DNA of 64,000 nucleotides from Mobula hypostoma (GCF_963921235.1 NC_086114.1:57598001-57662000); one strand, 5' to 3'. Counted from the stretch's first letter, positions 37,495 to 50,415 are shown. Notes: generated by a model not told the origin, from the sequence alone. Translations and numbers: made by a program.

Positions 37495-40400
37495 TATGTA
37501 GTAGCTAACTGCTTCCAATTGAAATGGAAAGAGAAAGAAGCGGTCCCAGATGCTTGTGTGCAGCATATTGAAACACCTGTAAATTTACAGAGTTTGATAA
37601 ATACTATTAAGATATGTCAGAGTCTGACCAAGTTAAAACGGGATATGAAACTTTTATAACAGAAGGATTTGTATCCTTGAAAGAAGGATCCAATTCAGTA
37701 CCAATAAGAATACTTAGAGATACCGGAGCTTCTCAATCACTAATATTAGACAGTGTGCTAATGTTTAGTGATGAGTCTGACATTGGTGAGATAAATTATA
37801 TAAGAGGAGTTGGGAGTGCCCTTATGCCAGTACATTTACACAGAGTAAATATAAGGTCAGGATTAGTTACAGGGGTTGTTGAAGTAGGACTACAATCCAG
37901 TTTACCTGTGAATGATGTTTCTCTTTTGTTAGAGAATGACTTAGCAGGTGGACAAGTTTTTCCTGAAGTGCATTTGACAATAAATCCTAATTCTGAGGAA
38001 CCACAGAGGGATTCTAACACAGATTCTTCCTGTGTTGTAACGAGAGCTATGGCTAAAATGACTGATGTACAGGATGAGGTTGTTACCCATGACTGTTCAG
38101 CTCCAGATTCGAATTTTGAGGATATGTCAGAAACTTTCTTACCAACATTATTTGATCAGGATTTTGGTAGCAAGTCTGACCATGATGATTTGTCTTTATC
38201 TCGGAAGGAGATGATAGCAGAGCAGGGTAGAGATCCTGAGATAGTTAATTAAAGGAAAAAGCTCTTCCAGATAGTGAAATTGAAAAAGTGCAGTAGGATA
38301 TTATTTTGAAAAGGGAGTATTAATGAGAAAGTGGAGATCGCCTATAATTCCTGCTAGTGAGGAATGGGAAGTTAATCATCAGGTAGTAGTTCCTAAAGTT
38401 TACTGAAATGAGATTTTAACTATGGCTCATAGTATTCCTTTGGGTGGTCATTTAGGCGTAAAGAAAACTATGAACAAGGTTTCTAAACATTTTTATTGGC
38501 CTAGTTTAAGAAAAGATGTGGCGACATTTTGTAGAACGTGTCATATGTGTCAAATTGTGGGTAAGCCAAATCAGGTTACTCCAGTGGCCCCACTGCAACC
38601 AATTCCAGTATTTGGTGAGCCGTTCTCAAAAATCATTGTAGACTGTGTAGGTCCTTTGCCAAAAACTAAAACTGGACATCAATATTTGTTAACTATTATG
38701 TGCACAGTGCCTAGGTTTCCAGAGGCAGTACCTCTTAGGAATATAACAGCCAAAACTGTAACAAAGGCTCTTATAAAATTCTTTACATATTTTGGGTTGC
38801 CTAAGGAAATACAATCGGATCAAGGTAGTAATTTTATGTCTGGATTGTTTCAGCAGATAGTTTATAAACTGGGAGCAAAACAGGTTATCTCATCAGCCTC
38901 TCATCCAGAATCACAAGGATATTGGAGAGATTCCATTCTACATTAAAAACTATGATTAGGACATATTGTGTGGAAAATGAAAAGGACTGGGATGAAGGTG
39001 TACATTTACTATTTTTTGCAGTACGAGAGGCAGTACAGGAATCATTAGGTTTTAGTCCTTTTGAACTTGTGTTTGGGCATAGAGTTCGAGGACCATTGGC
39101 CTTGTTGAAGGAACAGTGGATTAATAAAGAGGTACACACTAATTTGCTAGATTATGTTTTAAAATTTAAAGAAAGATTATATAAAGCTTGTTGCTTGGCA
39201 AAGGAAAATTTTAAATTAGCTCAAGAGAAGATGAAGACTTGGTATGATAAGGAAGCTAGAATGAGGTTATTTAAGCCTGGAGATAAGGTGTTGGTTCTTT
39301 TCCCAGTGCAAAAGAACCCATTACAAGCTAAATTTCATGGTCCTTATGAGATTAAATCTAAAGTAAATGATGTCGATTACGTGATAAAAACCCTAGATCG
39401 AAGAAAGCCAACACAGCTGTGTCATATAAATATGATAAAACCGTATTATGAGAGAGAAGATGCTACTATGACTATTGTGATCAATAATGAGTCTGATCTT
39501 TCTAAAAACTTAATGGAAGATTCATCTGAAACTCATTTTAAACCCAACATTATTTCAGCCAGGTTACCAAATTCAAAAATTCTAGAAAATATTGATGAAA
39601 AATTAGCTAATTTACAGCCAGAGCAGAGAGAGCAGATGAAACAGTTTATTTTTAAATATAGAGATTTATTTCCAACATTCCTAGAAGAACCACCATAGCT
39701 TCACATGATGTAGATGTTGGAAATGCAAAACCCATAAAACAACATCTGTAGCAAATGAACAGGGAAAAATGTGAACTTGCTGAACAAGAAATTAAGTATA
39801 TGTTAGAGAATGATATTATTAGACATTCTAATTTGAATTGGAGTTCACTGTGTGTTACGGTGCCTAAGCCAGACAATAGTATTAGGTTCTGTACAGATTA
39901 CAGGAAGGTGAATGCTGTGACAAAAACTGATGCATATCCAATCCCTAGGGTAGATGATTGTGTGGATAAAGTTGGACAGGCCAAATTCCTTACAAAGGAT
40001 GATTTGTTAAAAGGTTATTGGTGTGTTCCATTGATGGATAAAGGTAGAGAGATTTCAGCATTTGTAACCCCATCTGGGTTATATGAATATAATGTTCTTC
40101 CATTTGGGATGAAGAATGCACCAGGTACTTTTCAGAGGATGATTAATAGTGTGATTCATGGATTAGAAGATACAGATGCTTATATTGATGATTTGGTTAC
40201 AGGAAATAATACATGGAAAGCACATATTACTGCGGGGGAGAAACTATTTGAGAGACTTTCAAAAGCTAACTTAACTATTAAATTAGCTAAAAGTGAATTT
40301 GGTCATGCCACAGTGCCTTACCTTGGTTATGTTGTGGGTCAAGGAAAATTAGCTCCTGTTCAAACAAAAGTTCAGGCAATTTTAGAAGTACCCACTCCAA

Positions 40401-42066
40401 CTGGTAGAAAAACTCTCAGAAGATTCTTGGGTATGGTAGGATATTACAGAAAATTTTGTAAGAATTTTGCGAGTATTGCTCTTCCATTAACTAATCTCTT
40501 GAAGAAAAATGAAAAGTTTGTTTGGACAGAGTCTTGTCAGGAAGCACTTGATAAATTGAAAACTATAATAGGTAGTCAACCTGTACTAAAATCTCCTGAC
40601 TTTGAAGAACCATTTTTGTTAGCTGTAGATGCCAGTGATGAAGCTGCAGGAGCAGTGTTACTTCAAAGAGATGATGGTGATGAAGTTGATCATCCGATAG
40701 CTTATAATTCTAAGAAATTTAATGCCCATCAAAGAAATTATTCAACAATAGAAAAAGAATTATCTCTTGCTTTGGCTTTACAACATTTTGAAGTGTATGT
40801 TAGTACTACTCATAAACCACTCACAGTTTATACCGATCATAATCCATTAGTGTTTTTGAGTAAGATGAAAAACAAAAATAGAAGATTATTAAATTGGAGT
40901 TTAATGTTACAGGAGTATAATATTTTGATCACTCATATTAAGGGTAAAGATAATGTGATCGCTGATTGTCTATTTAGATGTTAAATGTACAATGAAAATT
41001 TTTTTTATGGAGTGGTATTTTAACATTTGTAACACTCCTACTGTATATTAGTTTGTAAAGTGCTGAAAGATAAGACTGTATATATATATATATATTGTGT
41101 ATGTTGTAAATTTTATACCTTTGTTTTTTTTGTGTGAATTGTTAATTGTGAAAATTTGGTTCCTTAAGAGACCAAAATTTTTTTTTGGAGGGAGGTGTTA
41201 CATACCTCAAGGAGATCTTGTGACTTTCTTGTGAGAATGATATAATGGTCTTTTGGAGGTCACCTGATGTAATTTTCCCGCCGATGTGAGGTCACGTGAT
41301 GACATGTTCGCCACGGGTATAAAAGGGAAGACCTCTGGTGACACAGTTAGTTTTAGTTTTCCAGCTAGAACATTAGTCAGGGTCTCTGTTTCCGTTGCGT
41401 ATGTGTTTTATGACACAGTTTCATTTTGCAAAACGGAGTTTTACGTTCTATTGTAAGATACGATAGTGCTGGATTGGCAGTTTACCCTTTCAGCCAGCTT
41501 TGTTGATGTTGCTTTTCAGAAGTATGGGAGAGTGAAGACTTCATCAAAGTACAGGATATGAAGGATTAAGAGAAGTTGGGAATGTTCGGCAGTTTTAATA
41601 AAGGATCGGCCTTACTGAGTCTTCGTTGAAGAAGTAGTGACCTGCATCGAAGATAACTCCTGCCGAAAGAGCAAGGTAGTTCATGCAAGGTGCTCTCTAG
41701 AAACTAAGGTCAGTTGTTTTAAGCCATTTATTTCCTTCACCGTGAATCCTTTGGACAGAACCAACAGGAAAGTCGTGTCTATGAAGAAATCCTTCTCTAG
41801 AGAAATCTCTCTCAATTGAGTGTATAAATCTGTTGGACTTTCAAATTTACCATTTTAAGAACTGTATTTTGACTTTACTGCTTTAGGAACTGTTTTCGCA
41901 TTTATCGCTTTAAGAATCAGTACCGAGTGACGACTTGTTGAACAGTCACATAGCAGTTAACTTCCGGTTAAGGTTTTCATTTGTTTTTTGTTGTTTATCC
42001 GTGTTTAATAAATGTTTGGTTGTTTTTATATAACCTGTCTCGTTTGATATTCATTGTTGCCAGTTA

Positions 42067-42218
42067 AGGCAGAGTATCTGAGCAGCCAGGGCATCAAGGG
42101 TTATGGTGAGAAGGTGGGGGAGTGGGACTAAATGGGATAATGGATCAGCTCATGATAAAATGGCAGCGCACACTCGATGGGCCGAATGGCCGACTTCTGC
42201 TCCTTTGTCTTATGGTCT
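42067..42218 (+). mobile_element. CR1 3' end abutting the 3' LTR
   Basis: GGGCATCAAGGGTTATGG...GATGGGCCGAATGGCC...TCTTATGGTCT, same tail as 23520-23650. Confidence 0.75.
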
Positions 42219-42784
42219 TACATTTAATGTCAGAGAAATGTATACAATACACATCCTGAAATGCCTTTTCTTCGCAACCATCCACAAAAACAAAGGAGTG
42301 CCCCAAAGAATGAATGACAGTTAAATGTTAGAACCCCAGCTCCCCCCTCCCATGCACAAGCAGCAGCAAAGCAATGATCCCCCCTCCCCCACCAGCAAAA
42401 GAGCATCGGTGCCCCCCACTGAGCACTCAAGTGTCTGGGCACACAATCAGCTTGCTGCTTTTGATCTTCCATCTCCCACGACATACCGATTCCCTACAGA
42501 GACACCGACCACGAGTTTGCCCGCCTCCAGAGCCATGAAATCCCGGAACTCCGAAGGCGAGCTAATCTTCTAGGCCACGTCCTTGGTATATCGAATAACA
42601 GCCAGTTGTGAGTCCACGAGAGTGGGTTTCATTCCGGCAAAGAACCGAAGTCAGCGTGTAACTTCAGGTCAGGGTCTTCAAAAGAACCCGGAAAGGGAAA
42701 AATAGAGATATTAACGATAGAAATAGAGCTGTTTCCGAAGATGCAAGCGAAGGAGCCGCCATTAGGCGCCATTGTCTCCTTAGC

Positions 42785-43790
42785 TCCACCCACAAATGTT
42801 GATTAGTACTGAGGGTATGATGGTGTTGAATGCTGAGCTGTAATCAATAAACAGCAGCCTGATGTAGGTATTGCTGTTGTCCAGATCATCCAAGTGCAGA
42901 GCCAGTGCGACTGCATCTGATGTAAACCTATTGTGGTGATAGGTAAATTGCAGTAGGTCCAGGTCCTTGCTCAGGCAGGAGTTAATTCTGGCCATGACCA
43001 ACCTCTCAGAGCACTCCTTCACAATAGATGTGAGTACAACTGGGTGATAGTCATTGAGACAGCTTCCTAGGCACTCGAAGCCCTTTTGAAGCAGGTGGGA
43101 GTCTCCGAATGCAGCAGTGAGAGATTAAAGATGTCCTTGAATGACCCTACCATTTGGTTGGCACATGTTTTCAGAGCCCTACCAGATACGTTATTAGGGC
43201 TGACACATTGCGAGGGTTCACCCTCCTGAAAGATGTTCTCACGTCGGTCTCCAAGACAGAGATCAGAGGGTCACCAAATGCTGCAGAGATTTGCACAGGT
43301 GTAGTTTTATTCTCCCTTCAAAGCGTGCATAAACAGTGTTGTGCTCATCTGGGAGTGAAGCATCACAGCTGTTCATGATGTAGGTTTCACCTTGTAGGAA
43401 GTAATGGCCTGCAAATCCGGCCAGAGCTGATATGCATCTGATTCCGTCTCTAACTTCAATCAGAATTGTTTTTTTGCCTTCTGTAGGTTATAACTGGACT
43501 TCTTGCTTAATTCTGGATCATCGGTCCCGAACATCAAGGATCTCGCCCTCAACAGACTGAAAACTTCCTGGTTCATCCACTGCTTTTGGTTTTGCTATGT
43601 TAGTTATGTTCTTAAAGGCACACACTCATCCACACAGGCCTCGATGAAGTTGGTGACAACTGTGGCACATTCATTCAGATTCAAAGACAAATCCTTGAAT
43701 ACTGTCTGGTGCACCGACTCAAAGCAGTCTTATAAACGAGCTTCCACTTCCCTTGACCACACCTTCATGGTCCTTACCATTGGTTCGAGA
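42785..43790 (-). mobile_element. Rex1/Babar-L2-type LINE RT fragment
   Basis: [14 protein letters not shown] and [14 protein letters not shown] motifs. Confidence 0.75.
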
Positions 43791-44684
43791 CCACCAGGTA
43801 CGTGAACCATGAGGTTCCTGAACCGGAGTGGATAACTTCACTCACCACAACTCTGAATGGCTCCCCCAACCTACAAGCTCAAGGAATCTACAACTCATGT
43901 TCTCAGCATTATGATTTTTTTATTTGCACGATGGATCTTATTTTGCACACTAGTTGTTTGTCAGTCTTTCTTTATGTATGTTTTTCATAAATTCTATTGT
44001 ATATCTTTATTTTCATGTAAATGCCTGCAAGAAAATGAACTTCAAGGAAGTACATGGTAACGTATACGTACTTTGATGATAAGTTTACTTTGACTTAGAA
44101 ATTGCCATTGGAAAGTAGGTATTAAGATAGGCCTGATAATATGAGATTCAAGGGCAGAATTTGCTGAGGCTTTGATGGAAATTTTCAAATTTCTGAACAT
44201 AACTGGAGGATAATGAATGTACCTTTTATTGAAAAAAAGACAGCAGGGAAAAGACAGGCAATTGCAGGCCAGCGAACTAACATCAGTAAAGTACTTAAAG
44301 GATATTGCAGCTATTTATAAATCAGAATGATTCAATTGATTAGAATATGACATATGTAAGTTAAACTTGCTGGTGTTAAAAAAGGAAGCATTAGAATGAG
44401 GATTCAGTAAGTCACATGATGTTTTAGCTACTAGTGCACAATGTATTCAGTCTGCATTTGTACTTGAAGTTATTGAAAGCAGCAAGAGAAGGCAAGTTCA
44501 AAATTAGTCTTCAAAGAATATTTTAGTGAGTCAATTAAGTGATCTCCCAGGATATAAATGAATCAGTTGGCATTACTGCTTTGAAACACAAACAAGATCT
44601 ATTTTGGAAAATATTCTATGCATGTAATTTGAGGTGGAACAATGTTGAGTGGAGTTTAGATTGGAAGGTAAAAATGGCTCTGCT

Positions 44685-45531
44685 CACTCAGTGGCCTACT
44701 GTGGGCACGTGGCCAAGTAGTTAAGGCATTCGACTAGCGATCTGAAGGTCGTGAGTTTGAGTCCCAGCCGAGGCAGCGTGTTGTGTCCTTGAGCAAGGCA
44801 CTTAATCACACAGTGCTCTGCGACGACACAGGTGCCAAGCTGTATCGGCCCTTGCCCTTCCCTTGGACAACATCGGTGTCGTGGAGAGGGGAGACTAGCA
44901 GCAAGGGCAACTGTCGGTCTTCCATACAACATTGCCCAGGCATGCGCCCTGGAGAGTGAAGACTTTACAGGCACAGATACATGGTCTCGCAAGACTAACG
45001 GATGCCTTAACTGTACCTAATAAGGTGGGCACAGAGTGTATGTTCATGGTCTTCTGCTATTGTAGCCCATCCATGTCAAGGTTCAATGTATTCATAGATG
45101 CTCTTCTGAACACCACTAAAGAAGCACGAGTTACTGTCACCCTCCTGTCAGCTTGAACCAGTCTGACTATTCTCCTCTGACTTCTCTCATTAACACGGTG
45201 TTTTCATCTACAGAACTGTCTCTCACTGGATTTTCTTTTTGTTTTTCACACCATTCTCTGTAAACTCAAGACTGTTGTGCGTGGAAATCCCGTGAAATCA
45301 GCAGTTTCCGAGGTACTCAAACCAGCCCATCTGGCAACAACAATCATTCCATGGCCAAAGGCACTTAGATCACATTTCTTTCCTGTTCTTATGTTTGGTC
45401 TGAATAACAATGGAACCTCTTTGGACCATGTCTGCAAACTTTTATGCATTGAGTTACTGCCATGTAATTGGTTAGATATTTGCATTAACAAGCAGAAGTA
45501 CAGGTGTACCTAATAAAGTGGCCACCGAGTG
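44685..45531 (-). mobile_element. Non-autonomous Tc1 derivative carrying a SINE insertion
   Basis: Termini CACTCAGTGGCC and GGCCACCGAGTG; transposase N-terminal remnant GKKCDLSAFGHGMIVVARWAGLSTSETA. Confidence 0.7.
44701..45010 (+). mobile_element. tRNA-derived SINE with CORE-like central motif
   Basis: A-box-like TGGCCAAGTAG, B-box-like GAGTTTGAGTCCC, then GTGTCCTTGAGCAAGGCACTTAA. Confidence 0.7.
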
Positions 45532-46265
45532 AAAGTGTAGATCCTGGGACTTAAATAAAAATACTGGACAAAACAACAAATGAGGAATCAAGTGTGAAAA
45601 GAAAGACAGAGTTAGTGTTTCAAACTGAATTCCCTTCACCAGAAAGTAGTCACTGGCAGCGCCAGAGATTTTTTCTTGCTGGTGCTACAGAGGGGCAAAA
45701 TGATTCAGTAATGGTGCTGAGGGATGCACTGTATGGTAATAGGTATTCGCAAGGCCAGACTCATGGCGTTAAAAAGTTAGTTTCAAGCATTATGTGCCTA
45801 CTATAAATGTCTTTGTTGATTCACAAGCAACAGCAATTGATAGATCTAATATAGAAGTGAACTGTTACAGTGTCAACAGCATTGGAGACAACCTGGGCTA
45901 CATGGAGCATAAACAAAAAAAAACAAACAAAGCATCCAAGCAACAGCGGAGAATGTGAATCACGCACCAATCCCGCAATCAGCGTCAAATGCGTGCTTTT
46001 CAACTGAAAAACACAACACAAACCCACTGCTATTCGCATTACATAGACAGACAATGGCAAAAGATACACCATTATTAAAGTCAAATAAGGCGAACAACAG
46101 ATGCAAGGCTTTACCAGGAGTTGAACAACTCGTACTCTGACCATGCAGTACCTCAATTAATTCGGCTATTTAATTTAAACAAAAATCAAAAGAATCACCG
46201 CTTGGAAGTCTAAGCTAAACCAGTAGGCTTAATAGCAGTAAATGTAATATTTTAGGATTTGCAGG

Positions 46266-47111
46266 TGTTACGTACCCCATAACTGGGTTGCCAAACCAGC
46301 AGAAATGGACCACTTAGTTGGAGTCTGGATTACTGGAACTAAGAAAGTTTTATTAAAGAAATAAGCAACACAGTACTCTAATCAAAAGGATATAGATGCA
46401 ACAGTATAGCAATGATAAAACACACATGTACACAGAACTAGGATAATAGGATCAATCAAGCTCTATCGCAGTCTAGGGGTAAATGATCAGTTTCAAGTGA
46501 CGCAAAGTTCAGTTCAATTTAGTTCAGTTCAGTTTGCAGTAATAGCTGTTGTGCCGTTGGGGCAGAGAGAAGAGAGAGAGCGAAAGCGAATGAATATTCA
46601 AAACGGATTCCAAACAGACCTTCGATATTCCTTGCAGTTTGCTTTCGGGCGAGCCCTTTGTAATGTCTTCTGAGGTCACCGACTGTGACCCCTCCGTTCC
46701 AGATACGATCATTCTTCTGCGGTGAACCTGGCACCCAGGCAAGGGTGGACACACACACCAGGTTCCCGCCCGACCGTATCTTTCCATCCTGTGCGTCTAT
46801 GGCTGGTCCCCCGACCAGACCTCCAAAACTCCCACCAACTTGTGGGGGCACACCGCTTCCAGGGTCTCGTTACCTCGTGGTGTCGTGTGTCTGTTGCCTT
46901 AGCGAACCTGTCCCTTTTTATCCCCCTGCTGGGGTATCGCCTGTCCATCAAACTTCAAACAGTTCACGGTTCAAAGCCACCGGTCTCTGACAATACTCGG
47001 AACTGTGTCTCCTTTTCGTTAATCCCTTTCGTCTCTCATTAACATTTCTGAATGTTCCCCCATTGTCCTCTTATTGGCATCAATCTTCTGATAATTTGGT
47101 CTGTCGTCACA
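46266..47111 (-). mobile_element. Solo LTR related to the LTRs of the 11638-16480 element
   Basis: TG...CA termini; perfect 4-bp TSD CAGG; long blocks identical in reverse complement (e.g. GCGATACCCCAGCAGGGGGATAAAAAGGGACAGGTTCGCTAAG and TTTCTGCTGGTTTGGCAACCCAGTTA) but a divergent 5' portion. Confidence 0.92.
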
Positions 47112-47172
47112 CAGGAAACATAAGGACTACGGGGTATCCACCACAAAATAATAACAATAATCAGCATTAGTC

Positions 47173-48933
47173 TTGGCCCAAATTTTTAAAAAATCAACTG
47201 CACTCACCATTAATGTTTTCAGAGAAGCACAATCCGTCTGTTGTTGTGATCGTGGGCAACAGAGTTTGAAAAGAAGTTGTAAAGCAGCTGCACAGTTTCA
47301 AAAAACTCACCCGCTTGTGGTACATTGTTCACAACATCCACTAAAACAAGGTTAAGTCTGTGAGCATGGCAGTGTATATATAATGCCTCTCTTGTACCCC
47401 GTTATTGCACCCGGACATCACTGCCGCCCCGTCATAACACTGACCTATACACGCGTTCTTATCAATAACACACTGGGTGAGTGTCTGTTCAATGCTTTTA
47501 AGAAGCGACTCTGCATCCAACCCTTCCTGCTGGAGTGAAGTGCAAGAATTCTTCAAGCACTGTTTCGTTATTCAAATACCACACCACCACTGATAGCTGC
47601 TCCTTTTTACTCAAGTCTTTACTTTCATCCACCATGATGGCAAAATATCCAGCCTCCTTGATTTCTGCACTTATTTGACGTCTGACCATATCTGCCATAA
47701 TACCCATAATTTCATTTTGGATATCGTGATGGATGTTTTTTTGCATTTCCAGGATTTCCCTCTTTTTCTTAGCTACGGTCTTATCAAACTTCCCAATTAC
47801 ACTGAGCAACTCAACAAAGTTTCCCCTATTGCCAGATCCATCATTCTCCCGGTGTCCTCGCTGGGCAATGCCTTGGCACGCAGTATAGCACAGAGACTCA
47901 ACCACTGCTCTCATATACTCACGATTTTCTTGGACAATCTTTGCATGTCCTTTGTCAAGCATATTTCCCAATCTTGAACCGTCTTGTTTTCTCAATCTGA
48001 ATTCGGCCCATGCCTCCATCGCAAACTTATGAGCTGCACTTACATGGTGGGTTTTGAAAGCTGCTGTAGCTTTCCGCCAGTTGCGGTAACCGGTGACAGT
48101 GAAGGTAGACGCAGAATGGAACCCATGTCCTCCACACAGGAAATGCCTGTATGCGAAGCAGAATGCAGCATCTTTTGTGATTGAATATTCCAGCCAGTCA
48201 AACCACCCACGAATAAAACTCCTTTGCTGATTGCCAAACTGTTGTGAAGGGTACTTTTTCAATGCTGGCTGACATCGCTAATAGTATTCCCACTCGCACT
48301 AAGAGTGGCTTCATCCACATTCTTTTCTGAATCCCGCTCCATTTCTTGTTCCTCTACTTCGCCCTCACACTCCTCCGATGAACTGCTGTCGTCCTCATCC
48401 CCACTTACTCCTTTCTGCATGTCACTTTCAATTAAGACAGGCTCAGGCTGAGGCACCACTGATTCCTCTGGATGAGGTCTTTTTCTGACTAAAAATCGAT
48501 CCATTTTTCACGCCCGCCAAACTAGTGCACGTGTCAGGCCCACACTCGCTTGTAAAAGCACAACATTCGCGTGTGGCATCCGTTCGTCTCGCGAGACCAC
48601 GGATCTGCGCCTGGATGTACTCCCGTGTGAGTGAGAGTGAGTGACGTCACCACCTTAAGTGATCTTAGATCAGCTTAACTGATCTGAGGACAGCAACGGC
48701 AAGACTTTGACAACGAACGAAGTGTAGAGTGGATCTGACAGGGTTTATAACTTTATTGCTGTGTGGGTGCTATGGTAATTGGGAACGCTGTTTCACTAGA
48801 TCAACTGGAAAAACAAGCTGTATTCAAAACTATACAGAGGAAGCAAAGCAGATGCAGTTAATTTCTTGGTGGGGCTATTGCAATTTCTGCTGGGGCTATA
48901 GCCCCACCTAGCACCACCTTAGCGCCGTCCCTG
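47173..48933 (-). mobile_element. hAT transposon (ZMYM1/DUF4371-like, Tip100-type), broken transposase; 3' end not located
   Basis: 5' terminus CAGGGACGGCGC...GGGGCTATAGCCCC; WLEYS..DAAFCF, RGHRE..GNF, IMVDESKD, GQCYDGAAVMSG and YIHCHAHRLNL motifs across frameshifts. Confidence 0.88.
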
Positions 48934-49243
48934 TAAATAGTTATGAGAAGCTTCCAAGTGCATGTCATTGTAACATTGTGTGTATGAATGAACAAGATAA
49001 GTTCTACTAGATAATCATTCTCAATGAAATATGAAAAGAGGTATTCATTATGAAAAAGTCACATTCTCATTTTTGTGATACAAAAAATAGAAAATGTGGA
49101 AATCTGGAAATATTCAGAACCATATGAGGGAGAAATAGAGTCAACATTTTAAGGTTAATTACATTTTACTATGTCAGCAGATGAAAGTTTGTTATATTTG
49201 TTCATAAAATTATTTTTAGTAATGGTCAAGATAGTTACTTTAC

Positions 49244-49390
49244 CGATATTGGAGATTCTATTGGCTGACAAGTTGAGCACAGTTAGAAGTTTGAGTGATG
49301 CCAAGGGCTTGAGGTTTGAGATGTCATTTCTTGATAAGTCCAACTTCTCCAGATTTACACAATCTCCAATGCATCCAAGATTGCAGATGT
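49244..49390 (-). CDS. LRRC61: LRRC61 coding exon 3 (DICNLGCIGDCVNLEKLDLSRNDISNLKPLASLKLLTVLNLSANRISNI)
   Basis: TTGCTTTAG acceptor, GTAAAG donor, 147 nt; two LxxLxLxxN leucine-rich repeats. Confidence 0.93.
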
Positions 49391-50204
49391 CTAAAGCAAG
49401 CAACAACACAAATATTCCTTTACATAAATCTCCATTCTGTAATTTCCCTCATTAAAAAAGACACTTGGGTTTACATCATATTTTGGATTTTACTTTCTAA
49501 AATTTGACATTGCCAACTAAAAGGGTTGTCAGAAGTTTAGTATAAAATTCCCCTGCTCCAGTTATTTAATTATACTTAAAAGTACTTAAAGACAAAAGAT
49601 TTTATGTTATATAATCGAAAGTTTTTGTTATTTAAATAAACTGATGACGCTCTTAATGGTTTGTTTTATCTTGTTTTTCAATTAGCTGCCACGAAACAGT
49701 AGATTATTTGGCCCAAAAACCACTGCTCTAGGAACCCCGTGGGTCAAACAGCATCAGTGGAGGGAAAGGAATCGTCAGTTTTTTTGGGACGAAACCCAGT
49801 ATTAGGGCTCGAGCGGAGTTTGAATCTGAAACGTCAACAATTCCTGCTCAACCTGCTGAGTTCCTCCAGCTGATTGTTTAATAATAATCCATCTGTTTTG
49901 TCACAGCTAATTCGAATTTACAGCACAGCAGATTCCAGCAACTGCAGTCTCTTGTGTCTGAATTATTTGGCCGTTCGGCCTGTTTGGGATCCGAGCTGTG
50001 TGTGGCCATATTTGCCTGTAATTCGTGTCCGGCGACATGTTTGCATGTCAAACAATAATCAATTTTTGTAAGAGCTGTTTGGAACGTTATTAACGGGTGA
50101 TAAGGTGTAATAACAGCAACTCCTTCGATGGACTAACAACATACCAACACTACCCCAAAAGTAACTTTACAGCAAACCGGAATGGGACGTTTGAGTATGA
50201 GAGT

Positions 50205-50219
50205 GAGAGACAGAGATTC

Positions 50220-50255
<36 letters not shown>
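50205..50255. repeat. (GA)n microsatellite in LRRC61 intron 2
   Basis: Imperfect then perfect GA run. Confidence 0.85.
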
Positions 50256-50260
<5 letters not shown>

Positions 50261-50319
50261 GATGCACCTGCTTTTTTTAAAAAAAAACGAGTTTCTCAGC
50301 CAATTATCATTACACTCAC

Positions 50320-50415
50320 CGATTTTCGTCAGCTTTAAGAACAAAATCGACTCCAGGTCAAACTCCCCAGTGATCGACTTGAGCAGCTCGGAAGTGATCT
50401 TGACACCTTCTTCCT
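50320..50415 (-). CDS. LRRC61: LRRC61 coding exon 2 (EEEGVKITSELLKSITGEFDLESILFLKLTKI)
   Basis: TTTTCAG acceptor, GTGAGT donor, 96 nt; matches human ITPQLLKSRTGEFSLESILLLKL. Confidence 0.92.

Larger units (their letters stand above)
36158..40984 (+). pseudogene. Disrupted gag-pol polyprotein of the Gmr1-like element
   Basis: Collinear domains broken by several stops, frameshifts and an insertion in the zinc knuckle. Confidence 0.9.
35155..42066 (+). mobile_element. Near full-length, decayed Gmr1-like Ty3/gypsy LTR retrotransposon (gag-PR-IN-RT-RH)
   Basis: LTRs 35155-36021 and 41196-~42066 (3' LTR lacks last few nt); PBS TGGGGGCTCGCCCGGGAT 36029-36046; PPT GGAGGGAGG; RDTGA protease, HHCC plus D-D-E integrase (38422-39698) before RT (AYIDD) and RNase H (VDAS, YTDH) at 39755-40984. 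Confidence 0.95.

Noticed and set aside
44701-44775. tRNA gene
   Set aside because: A and B boxes are degenerate and run into a SINE body; no convincing cloverleaf
47341-48504. Host ZMYM1 gene
   Set aside because: No MYM zinc fingers, intronless, frameshifted, and begins at a hAT-type terminus
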